In this document: positions 36,140-48,900 of the stretch, in pieces
How the letters are laid out: every line of letters begins with the position of its first letter
How positions within the stretch are numbered: position 1 is the stretch's first letter
Source of the DNA: Octopus sinensis
Taxonomy: Eukaryota
Direction: 5' to 3'
Assembly: GCF_006345805.1 (NCBI RefSeq)
Contig: NC_043001.1
Location: forward strand, 42,594,001-42,658,000
DNA: 64,000 nucleotides
Program-made: the position numbers and the translations under genes
The notes under the pieces: model-generated
Seen by the model: the letters and a program-made list of their open reading frames with translations, nothing else
Told to the model about the DNA's origin: nothing
Databases searched by the model: none

Positions 36140-36450
36140 GGCTACTAGTAGGGTGTTTTTGTTTATTGTTTCAGGAAGGTGATTGAGCATATCCATGTTG
36201 TCCCTTATATAGCTTCTGACATGCTTGAGGAATGGTTTTAAGAGGGTATCTAAAAAATTACTGAGGTGGTGGGTTTCGCATGTAGAACCTGCTATTATAG
36301 GTTTCAATTTGAGATCATTAGATCATTATGTCTGTGGCTATCTTCCATGCGTTACTTATTTTCTCACTTTTGTGTATCTTGGGAATACTGTAGATTTGAC
36401 TGGTTTTACTTTTGAATTGGTCATATAGTAATATTCTTTGTGCTTCAGAG
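36140..36450 (-). mobile_element. PLE RT N-terminal (fingers) fragment
   Basis: YSIPKIHKS..DLKLKPIIAGSTCETHHLSN.LDTLLKPFLKHVRSYIRD. Confidence 0.85.
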
Positions 36451-36552
36451 AACCTGATATATGCACTAACCTGCTCTGGGTGTCAAGAGCAATACATAGG
36501 CCAAACAAAAAACAGTCTGCATAAAAGGATGGCTCTGCACAGATCCCAGATC
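36451..36552 (+). mobile_element. PLE GIY-YIG fragment, inverted relative to the adjacent RT
   Basis: NLIYALTCSGCQEQYIGQTKNSLHKRMALHRSQI. Confidence 0.88.
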
Positions 36553-37479
36553 AAAATTCCGCAAAACAGAAAAATATTTTAAAATTATATTTGAAGATAA
36601 ATAACTATTGATTAAAAAAACTGCCTAACTATTTGTAATTTATGTCTAGTGTTTTATTTTATTCTATTAAATTATCTAATAGCTTTGTTTCAATAAATAT
36701 ATTTTAATGAATTACAGTTAAAATATAATAATCCTGTGTTGTTATAGTCTTCAGTCATTGCTCTTCATTAGATGAAAGATGTTGATAAGAGAAACAAGTT
36801 ATCTAAAGTACCATTAGGAAAAGATATGACAGATGCTAACATTTTAAATTATTACCTTTAACATTTATCCAGAACAATATTGATTCTATTTAAAGAAAAG
36901 ATATGAATAAGATAAACAAATGTTTATCCTTAAGAGTAACCTGTACCTTTAAAAATAGAACTACAGATAAATAACTTTCCTTAAGCTTGTTTATAAAACT
37001 CTTCAGAAAAAGGATAATGTTATTTTATTGCTGTTAGTCTAGAAATGGCTTAAATCAAGGTTCTACAATTTTTAAGTGTGGGTGAAAGGCTCCTAAGAAA
37101 TACATATTCTATTGATGAAAGGATAAAAAGTTGTGGTTGGAGTTTGTCCTTTAAGGTTCGTACACCACTTCCATGATTTTCATCTTAGATTATGTTGTTA
37201 TTATAAAAGATTTCAGTCCATGGAAGCTTCTGAATGTACACAGGTAATGAGTATTCATTGTAAATTGAACAAAATATTTCAGGAAAAGTATTGGACATAG
37301 AAACATCCAAAGATGATCATAGATGCAACCAACATCTTAATTAATAAGAATCTCCAAGACTTAAATGGATAAAATATAAAATATCCATCCATGCTTACAG
37401 ATAAAAATTAATTCAGGCATTACAGAATTTTTGCTGATGAAGAAACTTATAATTTAAGTGTGATTTCCTAATATTATTA

Positions 37480-38270
37480 ACTTGAACTAGGAAGTCAACT
37501 GAATAGATGATGTGTTAGAAATAGATAAATTATGTTGCTTGGAAGATAGAAATGGATTTAAAGGGAGAGTTTTGCTAATGTATGTGCTCCTACTACAGTG
37601 GATACTGATACTTGTAAACTTCTGATAGACTATTCCATTAAACAGATTGCTTCATTGAGTGAGCTTAAGCTAAGATTAGCGAACAAGAGAATCTTAGGGA
37701 GGTTATGATACTGAAGAATTAAAAAATGGAAGGGGCATAATTAGAGATAATCTACAGGGAGTGGTAAACTTGGTGGCAACAAGATATGATAAAGGAATAG
37801 TTAATAAATCCAGCAATAAATGACAACATCTAGGCTTGAAAGTAGAGAAAAGAATATGCCAGAATTCTAAATAAAGTTTGGAATATATCAAAGAGATTCA
37901 GGTTAACCCAATATTTCTCATGATGTGGCCAGAGAACTCAAATGCTTGTAGACAACTTAGCATCCTTAATAAAATTAAAATGGTTTTAAACTTTTTGAAG
38001 TTGTTCAACACTGGCAAAGAAAGAAAAATTATATAACTGCAAATTCTATCACATGCAGGATGAGGAGGTGATAACTGAGTTGTCTAAGACAGGTTCTAGA
38101 GCTAGCCAACATTATAAGGGGCTAGTATTGACAGAAGGAATGAAGGAAAGGCATTAGCAGACTAGGACGGAGAGGAATCCTGAGAGAGTCATTGAGGAAA
38201 ATAGAGGTGTTGGGATCATAGTAGGGGTAGGTCAGATAGGGAAAGATGAGAAGTGGTGTTCAGAGTGCAG
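37480..38270 (-). mobile_element. Very old CR1-like LINE remnant
   Basis: Weak matches: FEFSGHI (similar to MEYCSHI) and PTL.FLND; heavily decayed. Confidence 0.3.
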
Positions 38271-39536
38271 AAAAGTATTATGTGTTAGTATATATGTGTG
38301 CATGCCCACCAATATTTTTTTTCACTTTAAATTATAATATAGTCATAATTTACACCTTCTGAAAGGTATTTGTAGAAAATTTCATCACTAAATATCCATT
38401 TTTCTGAAAGTTACATTGAAATAAAGTTGGAGGGAGGGGGCACACTTGTGTAGGTATGCCATCAGTTGTATAAAGAAGTGTTGAGTACTCACAGTGAATG
38501 ATACCTAAGAAAGAAAGAGACCCAGGAAAACATGATCTAAAGTATTGAAGACTGCCTTCAATAAAATGAACTTCATGAAGTAGGATTGCAACAAGAAGTA
38601 ACAAGTAAGAAATACTAGAGGGATTAGTCCACCTATGCAATCATGACAAACTAGACATTATAATGGGGGTGATGAGGAATTCTCACTCATTATATTCCTG
38701 TGAAGGCCCTATTTAACACCTTGCCCATCTTTTTTGTTATCCTCTCATCTATCACAAGTCCTCCTTACTTTATCACACTATATGTAACAAGGGATAGCAT
38801 TGAATTTGTCTATATTCAATTCCCTCTACTATCACTTCTTTATTGCTAGCCATCACTCTCTTGCTCCCTCCCTGATTACTCCCTCATCACTCATTACTAA
38901 TGTCCATCACATTCTATCTCTTACCTGCACATGGTCTTATTGCTACTCATTTGTTCTCTCTCATTTACACATTATTTCTCTTTCTATTGCAGAGCCTGTG
39001 AAAGACATGGATACTGCTCCTTTCTCAAGACCTATAAAGCTGGAAAAAATTGTGTTAAAACAGTGATCAGAAAATCCCCACGGCTAAAGGTGTATGAATG
39101 CAACTAAAAGAAAAACTAGGCTAATGAGACCCCTACTACTTAGTGGGAAGAATCGCATTAGTATAGTTGCTACACTAGTGGCAGGGATTTTACTTGCCTT
39201 GTTGCTCTATTAGTAACAGGGATTTCATTTTGGATAGCTGCTGTCTTAGTAGCTAATATTTCATGTGTTTATTTAATTTTGTAGAAGCTGGAATCTCATT
39301 TTACTAGTTACTGACTTATTAGAATGGAACACATTTACATACTATAGTTACTCTCTTAGAGGCAAAGATCTCTGTTGTTAGTTGTGTTATTATTAGCAGT
39401 GATCAGATTTCTGTTAATACTTTCTTAGTAGCAAGGACCTTGAAAAGTTGCTGCTTTGTTAGCTGGGATTTCATTGAGAGACTATAGTATAATTAGTAAA
39501 GTGACTACCTACTTGCCTTCTTATCTACCTACCTAT

Positions 39537-39582
<46 letters not shown>

Positions 39583-39594
39583 GTATGTACATAC

Positions 39595-41045
39595 ATACAT
39601 TCTCAAAGGATATAGGGTTGGAGTTTGGTCAGGATAAATGTTGTTATATGGTTGTGAAAAGAGGAAAAACTGTAAACCAGACTAGCAACATCTTCAATGA
39701 CTTAACTGTTTTCTCTGTATCTGACTAGGAATGTTACAAGTACATTGGGGTGGATAAAAACATATCTTACGATGGCACCTGTAACAAGACACATGTCACT
39801 AAAGAATATTACAGCCGAATAAAGAAAATATGGACCTCAGAACTCTCTGCTTTCATTAAAACAGTGGCCCACAATGTGTTTGCAGTACCAGTACTCATAC
39901 CAACGTTTGGGCTACTTGACTGGATGCTTGATGAGATCTGAGCCATTGATGTGAAAATCTGGAAGATACTAACCAGCATACATAATTTCCATATCAACAG
40001 TGATGTAGACTACCACTACCTAAAACAAAAATGGCCAGTGGGTGGTTAACATCAACCCAAATTGCCTTTGAATGTCATATCATATCCCTTCAACAGCATA
40101 GTAACATTGATCATCAAAGAAGTCTATCATGGACCAACAAACAGATTACTGTCTCCCACTTTGAAGGGTATATGTTTGCAATCCAGGAAGAGGAAATATT
40201 AGCTAAATGCAGACTTCATGGAGTTAGCACTGAAGATATCACCCACATCATAAGCAGTTGCCTGAAAATGTCATCACAGTATTATCTACCAATAAGACAT
40301 GATGTTGTGGTTAAGACACTGTATGAGATCCATTGGAAGAATAAACCTGACGTCAAAGAAATAATAACCCACAGTATGATGGAAGCTATAGCCACTCGTA
40401 ATAAGAAGGAGTACTGGTGGAATGTCCCAGTGAAAACCTCAATAAAGTGTAGATATAATAGACCAGACATAATGATTTGGGATACAGTTATTGAAGTCAG
40501 CATACAGTTATTGAAGTCAGCTGCCCAGTTATTGAAGCCAGTTATTGCATACAGTTATTGAAGTCAGCTGCCCAGCAGATAAAGCTAAAGATCAGTGAAA
40601 AAGAAAATAACCTATGCTAAACTATTGAGAAATCTACAGTTACTCTACCCAGATTACAAGTTCAGGTTTATACCTGTAATTATTGGGGCACTGGGATATG
40701 TAACACATAACCTAAGTACCAATCTTGAGAAATTAGGCTTCTCAGAACCAGAAAGGAGAAGGCTGATTCGAAGACCACAGATCCAAGCCTTCACTGGAAC
40801 TGTAAAAATCTGTAAAACTTTCCAGAAGTTTATCATTTAAATATATATGAGCATGCCTAGATATGCAACTATATGCATGAGAATGCATACATAAAACAAA
40901 ACATACAAATCTGCACATATACATACAAATATACATACATACTCTATTGATGTTGAAATTCCAATGAAGGAGCCTTGGGTTTCTAATTGGCTCTTTCTCT
41001 ATTCGCATGAAATTTTGAAATAAAACTAAATAACAACATACATAC
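39595..41045 (+). mobile_element. R4/Dong-like restriction-endonuclease (RLE) LINE, 3' fragment
   Basis: FSKDIGLEFGQDKC, YKYIG, CRLH..EDITHIISSC (CCHC), NRPDIMIWD..IEVSCP, IPVIIGALG. Confidence 0.88.
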
Positions 41046-41149
41046 ATGTCTATCTCTATGTATGTATGCCACATGGTATAGAAAGGTATATCAAAGACTG
41101 CTGTAGCAACAACATCATCAGCCACAGCAAAAACAAAGATGCACAAGAG

Positions 41150-41320
41150 AGAAGATACTACATATAAACATAAAAGCATGAAAGTGCAATCGAATGGAAC
41201 TATCCAGAATGTGTGCAGAGTGATGAAATTATCTTGTATGCATTCAATGAGTGTGCAGTCATTATTAAACTGTGGAGTCACGTCAAATAGCTGTCACCAT
41301 GTGCAAGATAGGCCCAGCTA
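41150..41320 (+). mobile_element. Tx1-like LINE zinc-knuckle remnant
   Basis: ECVQSDEIILYAFNECAVIIKLWSHVK resembles 6696-6780 and 55790-55860. Confidence 0.4.
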
Positions 41321-42159
41321 TAACCTGAGTCCATTGCAGAGATCACCCATTGCATAAATCTCCTTTAACTATGAAGGATAGAAGGTTTTTGGCTGTCAGG
41401 TGACTATGATAAAAGAGGTTGTGTGATAGACAAGGCTAGGGAAACTGAAGACAGGCACATCCTTTTCAGTCAAGCCATCAATGACTTTTCAAAGTTCCTC
41501 TCAGAAAGAAAGGTGAGGATGGAGTAGGCGGTTCCTTTTTCCAGTAAATTTGTTAAAAAGTAGAGGACAGTAGCAAAAAATAACCACAATGAATGGGTCT
41601 ACTCTCAGCATGTGATTAAGGGTCAGAGAATGACAGCTGGAAGAGAGCACTTGTCCTTGGTAAACAAAGTAACCTTGGATCTGTAGAGCCACTCAAGAAT
41701 GAATACATCTCTTTTTTTCTCATCCTTATCCTATTTTATGTAAACCTCTGTACTATGTATAATATAACCTCTCCTTGTACTTCCCCTTTAATCCAATGCC
41801 CTTCAGCAAATAAAAAGAAATCATCATCGTCGTTGTCATCATCATCATTATCATCACCATTGTTAAGGTGGTGGCAAGCTTGCAGAATCATTTGAGCATC
41901 GGAAAAAATGTCTTGCAGTATTTGTTCTGGTTCTGAGTTCAAATTAACTTTGCCTTTCATACTTTCAGAGCCAATAAAGTACCAATCTACCACTGAAGTT
42001 GATGATAACATCTTTCAAAATTGTTAGCCTTGTGTCTAAATTAGAAGCAATTATTATTAAGGCAGCCAGCAGCAGAATCATTAGAATGCCAGGCAACATG
42101 CTCAGTGGTATTTTGCTCATCGCTACATTCTGAGTTCAAATTCCACCAAGATTGGCTTC

Positions 42160-43412
42160 ACTTTTTGTAAACAACTTTGAGTTGTTCATGAATAGCAAAT
42201 GGTTCAATTTTCTCTTACCTCTCCCCAAATCATACTCCAACTTTGTTTTTTGTAGTATTTCACTCACAAGGATCAGTGGGGACACACTATCCCCCTGGAA
42301 GACACCTCTCCTAATACTTGATTCCTTGCTGTCAATAAGTTTCCACATTAGTGGAAGACATGATATTGGTCAAAAAATGGATGCAACACTTCCCTTTTCA
42401 GGATCCTTGGCACATTATAATGTCTTCCCCTTTGTCATCCAGCTGAGTACTGCGCCTTCCTACAAGCATTCATCTAGCTGTCTCACTATCCTTTCATGGA
42501 GCCCTCTCAGTTTCTTCATCCAATAACCCTGGACCCTGTCCAGTCCTGGACTCTTCCAATTAGGGAATTTTCTTAACTGCTTTTTTATCATTTCTATAGT
42601 TATTTTTATGTCTTCTTGGCCTTCTATATTACTTAATCTATCTTGGATTTCATGCAGCTACTCTGCTTCATCATTATGCTCTACAGGTTAGTCCCAGATC
42701 CCTCCCAGAATGCCTTGCTTTCCTCTGCATCTGGTTTCATTGTTATGTGTAATTGCCCATCAAGTTCTTGAAACAGTTTCTTCTGATTAACTTCAAATAA
42801 TCTGTTTTTGCCTAAATTGTTTCATTCTATTGTCGCATCTTTCCAGTTTTGCTTTGATTACTACTGCTCTTTGTTTCATTTCTTCCAATATCATCTCATA
42901 CCCTTTATCTCTTATTCTATATGTTCTTTCTAGTATTATTCTTATGCTTTCGCTCTGCAATTACCCCTTACTCAATCTATCAACTTGTCCTAAATGTCTT
43001 TTTAACTTTGTTCCCCACAAATCCATCTACACCAGTATGGTTCTTTATGTTTTGTTTGTTTTCTTCCTTTGTATCTAACTCTATCTGCAGCAACTATAGC
43101 TGCAGCCCAAATAATGTTGTTAGTTTCAGTTATATTTCTCATGTCTGGAATAGCCCAAGGACCAACTCTATCTTTTTGGTTTCAACTTTGAGTTTACATC
43201 AATCAATGTACTGCAGATTGAGGGGTGCACAATCCTGGTCTTCTCTAATATATCGGCATAGCAACCTCTCTATGTCTTGTTGGTCATCATCATATTCTTG
43301 TGATATAGCTCTTCTCATTACTTCTGCTTCATTTTCTGAGAATGAATTTACATTTACACTTTGCTCTACATCTTCACTGCCGCAATTCATTTCTCTGTCC
43401 TTGCTGGGTATA
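42160..43412 (-). mobile_element. R4/Dong-like LINE remnant, RT and upstream region (downstream of mariner insertion)
   Basis: RRGVFQGDSVSPL, NHLLFMNNSKLF; RVDQK-type region homologous to 52399-52596. Confidence 0.75.
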
Positions 43413-44700
43413 TTAGGTTGTCAGGAAAGTTCTTGCAGAATTTTTAATTTTGGTTTTAAATTATGTATTTTCAAATTAATTCTCGTTAAATTACTTTGAC
43501 TTTATATATCATTTTAAAACCCGTTTTTCGCTCTATCTAATCGTGTTACTCTTTTTCTTTTTGAACAATTAGGCCATTTTTTCTGGAATGTTGAATACAA
43601 CATGGACAAAAAGCAAATTCGCACAATTTTCTTATTCCAGTTCAAGCTAGTCAGAAAAGCTGTTGAAACAGCTTGCAATATCAACAATGCATTTGGCCCA
43701 GGAACCACTAATGAATGTACAGTACAATGGTGATTCAAGAAATTTCGTAGTGGTGACAAGAGTCTTGAAAATGATAAGTGTAGTGGTCGGCCACTATGCT
43801 TAACTAAGAGCCACTACGATCAACTAAGAGCCTTAGTGGAACCCAATCCATGCATAACTGTTCGAGAGCTTGCTTTTGAATTAGACATAACCTATATGAC
43901 AATTTCCAACCACTTGAAAGAGACTGGAGAAACAAAAATACTTGAGAAATGGGTACCGCACAAATTGAATAACAACCAAAAAAACGCCGTTTTGAAGTGT
44001 TATCTTCCCTTCTTTTACACAACAAGAATGACCTGTTTCTTGACCGGATTGTGACGTGATGAAAAGTGGATTCTTTACGACAACCGGCAATGCTCAGCTC
44101 AGTGGTTGGATGCCGATGAAGCTCCACGGCACTTCCCGAAGCCAAAGTTGCACCAAAAGGAGGCCATGGTGACTGTTTGGTGGTCTGTGGTTGGCCTCAT
44201 CCATCACAGCTTTTTGGATCCAGGGGAAACCATTACAGTGGAGAAGTACTGTTAGCAAATGGATGAAATGCAAAGAAAATCCGACAACAGCCAGCGTTGG
44301 TCAATAGAAAAGGACCAATTCTTCTCCACAACAATGCTCGGCCACACATCGCACAGCTGATCCTGCAGAAGTTGAACGAATTAGGCTACGAAACTCTGCC
44401 TCACCCGCCCTACTCACCAGATCTCTCGCTTACTGACTACCACTTTTTCAAGCATCTCAACAACTTCCTGCGTGAGAAATGCTTCAAAAACCAAGACGAT
44501 GCCAAACACACTTTCAACGACTTCATCACCACCAGAATGCAGGGTTTTTACACTACTGGCATGAATAAACTTGTTTTGCATTGGCAAAAGTGTGCTGATT
44601 CTGATGGTGTTTATTTTGATTAATAAAGTTTTGTTTGAGCCAAGATATGTGCATCTGAATTTAAAGGTTAAAAACTGCAAGAACTTTCTTGATAACCTAA
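43413..44700 (+). mobile_element. Full-length cecropia-subfamily (Hsmar1-like) mariner, transposase pseudogene 43602-44623
   Basis: TA followed by ttaggttgtcaggaaagttcttgcag ... ctgcaagaactttcttgataacctaa followed by TA; MDKKQIRTIFLFQFK..WVPHKL..PHPPYSPDLSLTDYHFFKHL, spacing 34. Confidence 0.95.
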
Positions 44701-45030
44701 TATTATCTGTTGGTGAAGTATTATTTGTATTTTCTACATTCCTTTTTATCTCTTTAATTTCCATGCCTGTTAAGCACCCTTTTGCTCTTATTGTTCTTGC
44801 CTGGTCGGCTAGCCGTTGCTCACTTATTTCGAAGAGTCCCGTTTCATTCCATTTTGCTTTCATGCATTGTTGGAATCCCCTTCTACTGGGTTCACTCCTG
44901 ATCAAGCATTCAATTACCATTCGGTTTGCCTCCTTCTTCTCTACCTCTGACTTTGTGTATAAGCAGTCTCTGGATAAAGACCAAGCCTGCGTTGCTCAAC
45001 CACAGGGCACCTGCTAGGCTTTCACCTTTG
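44701..45030 (-). mobile_element. R4/Dong-like LINE N-terminal part (upstream of mariner insertion)
   Basis: SRRGFQQCMKAKWNETGLFEISEQRLADQARTI. Confidence 0.75.
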
Positions 45031-45533
45031 GTTCCAGCCTCATTAACACCATTATTTGATACATTTGTATTAGAAATTTTCACTCAACATTGAGGTATGT
45101 GTTTTAAGGTTAGCCACCAGCTGGTATTTTTATTGACATACCATCTCTAGTAAGATTGTCAACTAAGACTGCAGAGCTCTTATTACCCATAAGTTGGGCC
45201 TGTTCCCATTGCATTTCTGTGTGTTGTGGACCATGATCATGAATCTCATTAGGAGATAGGTGAATGTCAGTTGGTCTTTATCTTCATCCAAATATAGCTC
45301 CAGAGTTAAGTCATGATTCATTCACGTTCATCTCAGGCATGGAGCCATTGGATACTGACAGGTTGACATCACTGACTAAGGAGTCCTATCTACCCCAGTT
45401 TTAAATCAGAATGTTCCTTCTCCTAGACAGACTGCCAACCAAGGCTCACGAGTTCTGTCTACCCTTTTCGGAATGGCCATTGACTCTTCTGAGTTCCTCT
45501 GCCTTTTTTTTTTATCACCATCACCATCACCAC

Positions 45534-45581
<48 letters not shown>

Positions 45582-46017
45582 TCATTTGTTTTTCACTTTT
45601 TATTGTTCAGTTATGAATATCCACTCTTTAATCATGAAATTATCATCAAGTGACCTTTTCACTAATACCTCACATAGTTATGCTTTATATATTGTCAGTT
45701 CTTAGATGTTGGTTTGAATCATTTATTCATTTATCCATTTGTTTTTATTACTATTATATCTCATTGTGGCACTAGTGTTCTTTGAATTGGTAGATTTGAA
45801 TTTAACAAAATTTGAAGTGTAGGTGTAGGTGAATCTCCTCTGTCACACATACACACACAATAAATACATATTTTTTTTCATTTCAAATTCATATTCAAGT
45901 TCACTTTATTGTCTTTTTCCTGCTTTTATTTCAAGCTTATATTCAATTTAGTATTATTTCAATTGTCTGTTGTTTAATTATACATCTATTTGGGCACTAT
46001 CTACCAATTTAACTGAA

Positions 46018-46037
46018 GGTGATAGATAGATAGATAT

Positions 46038-46127
<90 letters not shown>

Positions 46128-46128
46128 T

Positions 46129-46166
<38 letters not shown>

Positions 46167-46225
46167 TACACACACATACATGCATACACACAAACATACA
46201 TACATACATGCAGGCATACATGGAT
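46018..46225. repeat. (GATA)n(GACA)n(CATA)n compound microsatellite
   Basis: Direct inspection. Confidence 0.95.
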
Positions 46226-46617
46226 ACATATATAAGTATGTACTAGTGATTGCTCCATCTTCATACATGATTGCTGTCTCTCTGGATGAAATCTTACTGG
46301 ATGAAATCGTTGGAAGGTAATTTCCAAAGTTATATGTACATTTTTTGTGTCTTACTACTTCAAAACGGTACATTGTAGTGGGGTGGACTATTTCCATTTT
46401 CAGACTCCCCATATCTCAAAGCATATATAATACTACACTTTTCACGGAAAACGGGGGATGGTGGAACACTCGGAAATCCACCCCCCACAACCTTGGTGGC
46501 ATGAACTGCATGCCCTAGCATCCTAGTCACCCTCTGTTACTGATACATACATACATGCATGCATGCATACATATATACATGCATGCATACAAATATACAT
46601 ACATGCATGCATGCATA

Positions 46618-47866
46618 CACAGAGGTACCCAGAAGTAATGAGAAACACTCTCTGTAGGACAAGCCCATTGTAGTTCAGGCTTCTGCTACTAGAAGCCACT
46701 CGATGCAACCCTCAGGCATCTACTGACTGGTATTGTCAAGTAAAGTCATACTGCCACATGGTACATCTTTGTTTTGCAGTGCTTCTCCCCTATTTGTCAA
46801 TTTTCGCAATGGCTGAAATGAAGGGACAGCGTGTCTCCATGAAATTCCGTTTTCTGCTGAGGAAAACAGTGGCCGAAACAGTTGTCATGCTTCAAACATC
46901 CTACAAGAATGCTACCATGAGCAAAACACAAGTTTATGAGTGGTTTTCATGTTTTAGGAATGATCACTTGTCACTTGAAGACCAACTTCATTCAGGACAA
47001 CTCTCAACCTCCCAAACAAATGAAAACATCATGAAAACTCATGAACTGATCTTGGAGGACCATCGCCAAACAATTGATGAGATTTGAGTGAGGAATTGGG
47101 AATGAAAAGTGTTGAAGCAAAATGTACGTCTTGCTCGCTCAAGGAAGATCAAAAGCAGTCATGACTGAAAGCTTGTCATGAACTGAAAGAACGATTGGAA
47201 GTTGATCAGAACCATTTTTCAAAGGTCATCATGGGCGACATAACTGGTGCTGAAAACGAAGCAGCATTCAATGTCATCACACTCCCAAAAAGTGTGTCAA
47301 GTGAAATCCAATGTCAAAACAATGCTGATTTGTTTCATCCATGTGAAAGGAATTTTCTCCACAAATTTTGTTTCTCTTAGTTAAACTGTTAACGAGACTC
47401 TTTACTTGGCAATTCTGAAGCATTTGCAAGACGCAATGAGATGAAAACACCCCAACCAGTGGCAAAGTGGAGAGTGGTGGTTTCATCACAACAATGCACC
47501 TTTGCACACTACCTTGCATGTAAAACAGTTTTTGACCAAAAATGGCATTACTCAGCTTACCCACCCTCTCTATTTATCCAATCTTGCTCTCTACAACGTT
47601 TTTTTTTCTTTTGTTCTTCTGAATGAAAAAGTCCTTAAAGGAAAACATTTTGCAGATGTGGAAGAGGTGAAGTCAAAAACAACAGAGGCATTAAAAGGCA
47701 TCACTTGACAAGAGTTCCAGGACTTCTTCGAACAATGATAAACACATCAAGACTGATAAATTGCTTCAAATGGGAAATATTTTGAAGGCAATAAAAGTGT
47801 AAACATGTAAAGCCAAGTGAATAAGATAATATTGCAAAATTCCAGTTTCTTTTGGGTACCCACTTG
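46618..47866 (+). mobile_element. Full-length mariner (second subfamily), transposase pseudogene from 46809
   Basis: TIR-like gaggtacccagaagtaa / tttcttttgggtacccacttg followed by TA; QRVSMKFRFLL..QVYEWFS..HHNNAP..THPLY. Confidence 0.85.
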
Positions 47867-48114
47867 TACATACATACATACACACACACATATACAAACA
47901 CGAAAATGTATGTTTAGTTTGTTGATGTATGTGAAGAAAGGTCAATGTTTGGTAATATAGATATTGTTTAATATTTACATGTTAATTGTTGACAAGAGAA
48001 CATTCAGCAAAATCAATATAGATGTATAGAGTTTCACAGTCATAAGTCTTGACATCTTAAATGTACACTGAAATTCAGACCATCAAATTAGATAGGTGTA
48101 TCTAAAACAGAAAC

Positions 48115-48296
48115 AGGCATTACAGTGTGGTTAAGAAGTTCACTAATATAGTCACATGGTTCTGCATCCAATCCCACAATGTGATACCTTGAGTACATGT
48201 CTTCTAATGTTTCAAGTTGATCAATGACTTATGAGTGAAATTTGGTAGAGTTAAACTGTATGGAGGTTCATCAGATGTGTGTGTGTGTGTGTGTGT
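48115..48296 (+). mobile_element. Major SINE 5' half, very old
   Basis: gtgtggttaagaagtt...cacatggttc...aatttggtagag. Confidence 0.5.
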
Positions 48297-48439
48297 ATTA
48301 TTTGCAAACAACTTGCAGATGCAAGTGTTACCAGTTGAAAGCTCCACATACTGAACACTAGCAGTCTCATAGAGTCATGAAGAGAGAATGCACATCATCT
48401 TAAAGTCTTCCTCTTGGCGATATTATTGCACACTGGCCC

Positions 48440-48900
48440 CACTTGTTAGATCAACTGGTTTCTAGACTTCCAGTAGCTTGCCTTCTCCACTGTAGCCTGG
48501 ATATCACTCATGGTGGTATTTACTTAATGATGAGTTAGATCTGACAACAACAATCATTGCCTTGCACTGTTTCCAATGAATCTTCTACATCCAACTTCGA
48601 TTGGATAATGCTCTGCTTTCTAGTCTATGTCTTCACATTACTTGTGATGTTTGTAACTGTCAATCTTTTGAGTATAAGCAGTGTCCATGTTATCCTCATG
48701 AGAAACTGTTAACTTGACCAGATTTACTACTTTCTTTTTCTCACATAATATTATAATATCTGGTTTTTTCATCACTGGAATGGGGTAGAATCCTTGGCAC
48801 CCTGGTAAATCTACAGCCACCTCTCGATAGACATTCCACTTTTCATCGTTCACAGCATGTTTCTTCTTCAAATAGATCTGCTGTTCTGGATGCATGAAAA
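48440..48900 (-). mobile_element. HERO/NeSL-like RLE LINE C-terminal remnant
   Basis: KPDIIIL..VKLTVSHEDN..K..Y, PIEVGCRRFIG, ATVEKASYW. Confidence 0.75.

Noticed and set aside
40484-40578. CRISPR-like repeat array (also 12445-12690)
   Set aside because: No unique spacers of constant length, eukaryotic context, no cas genes.
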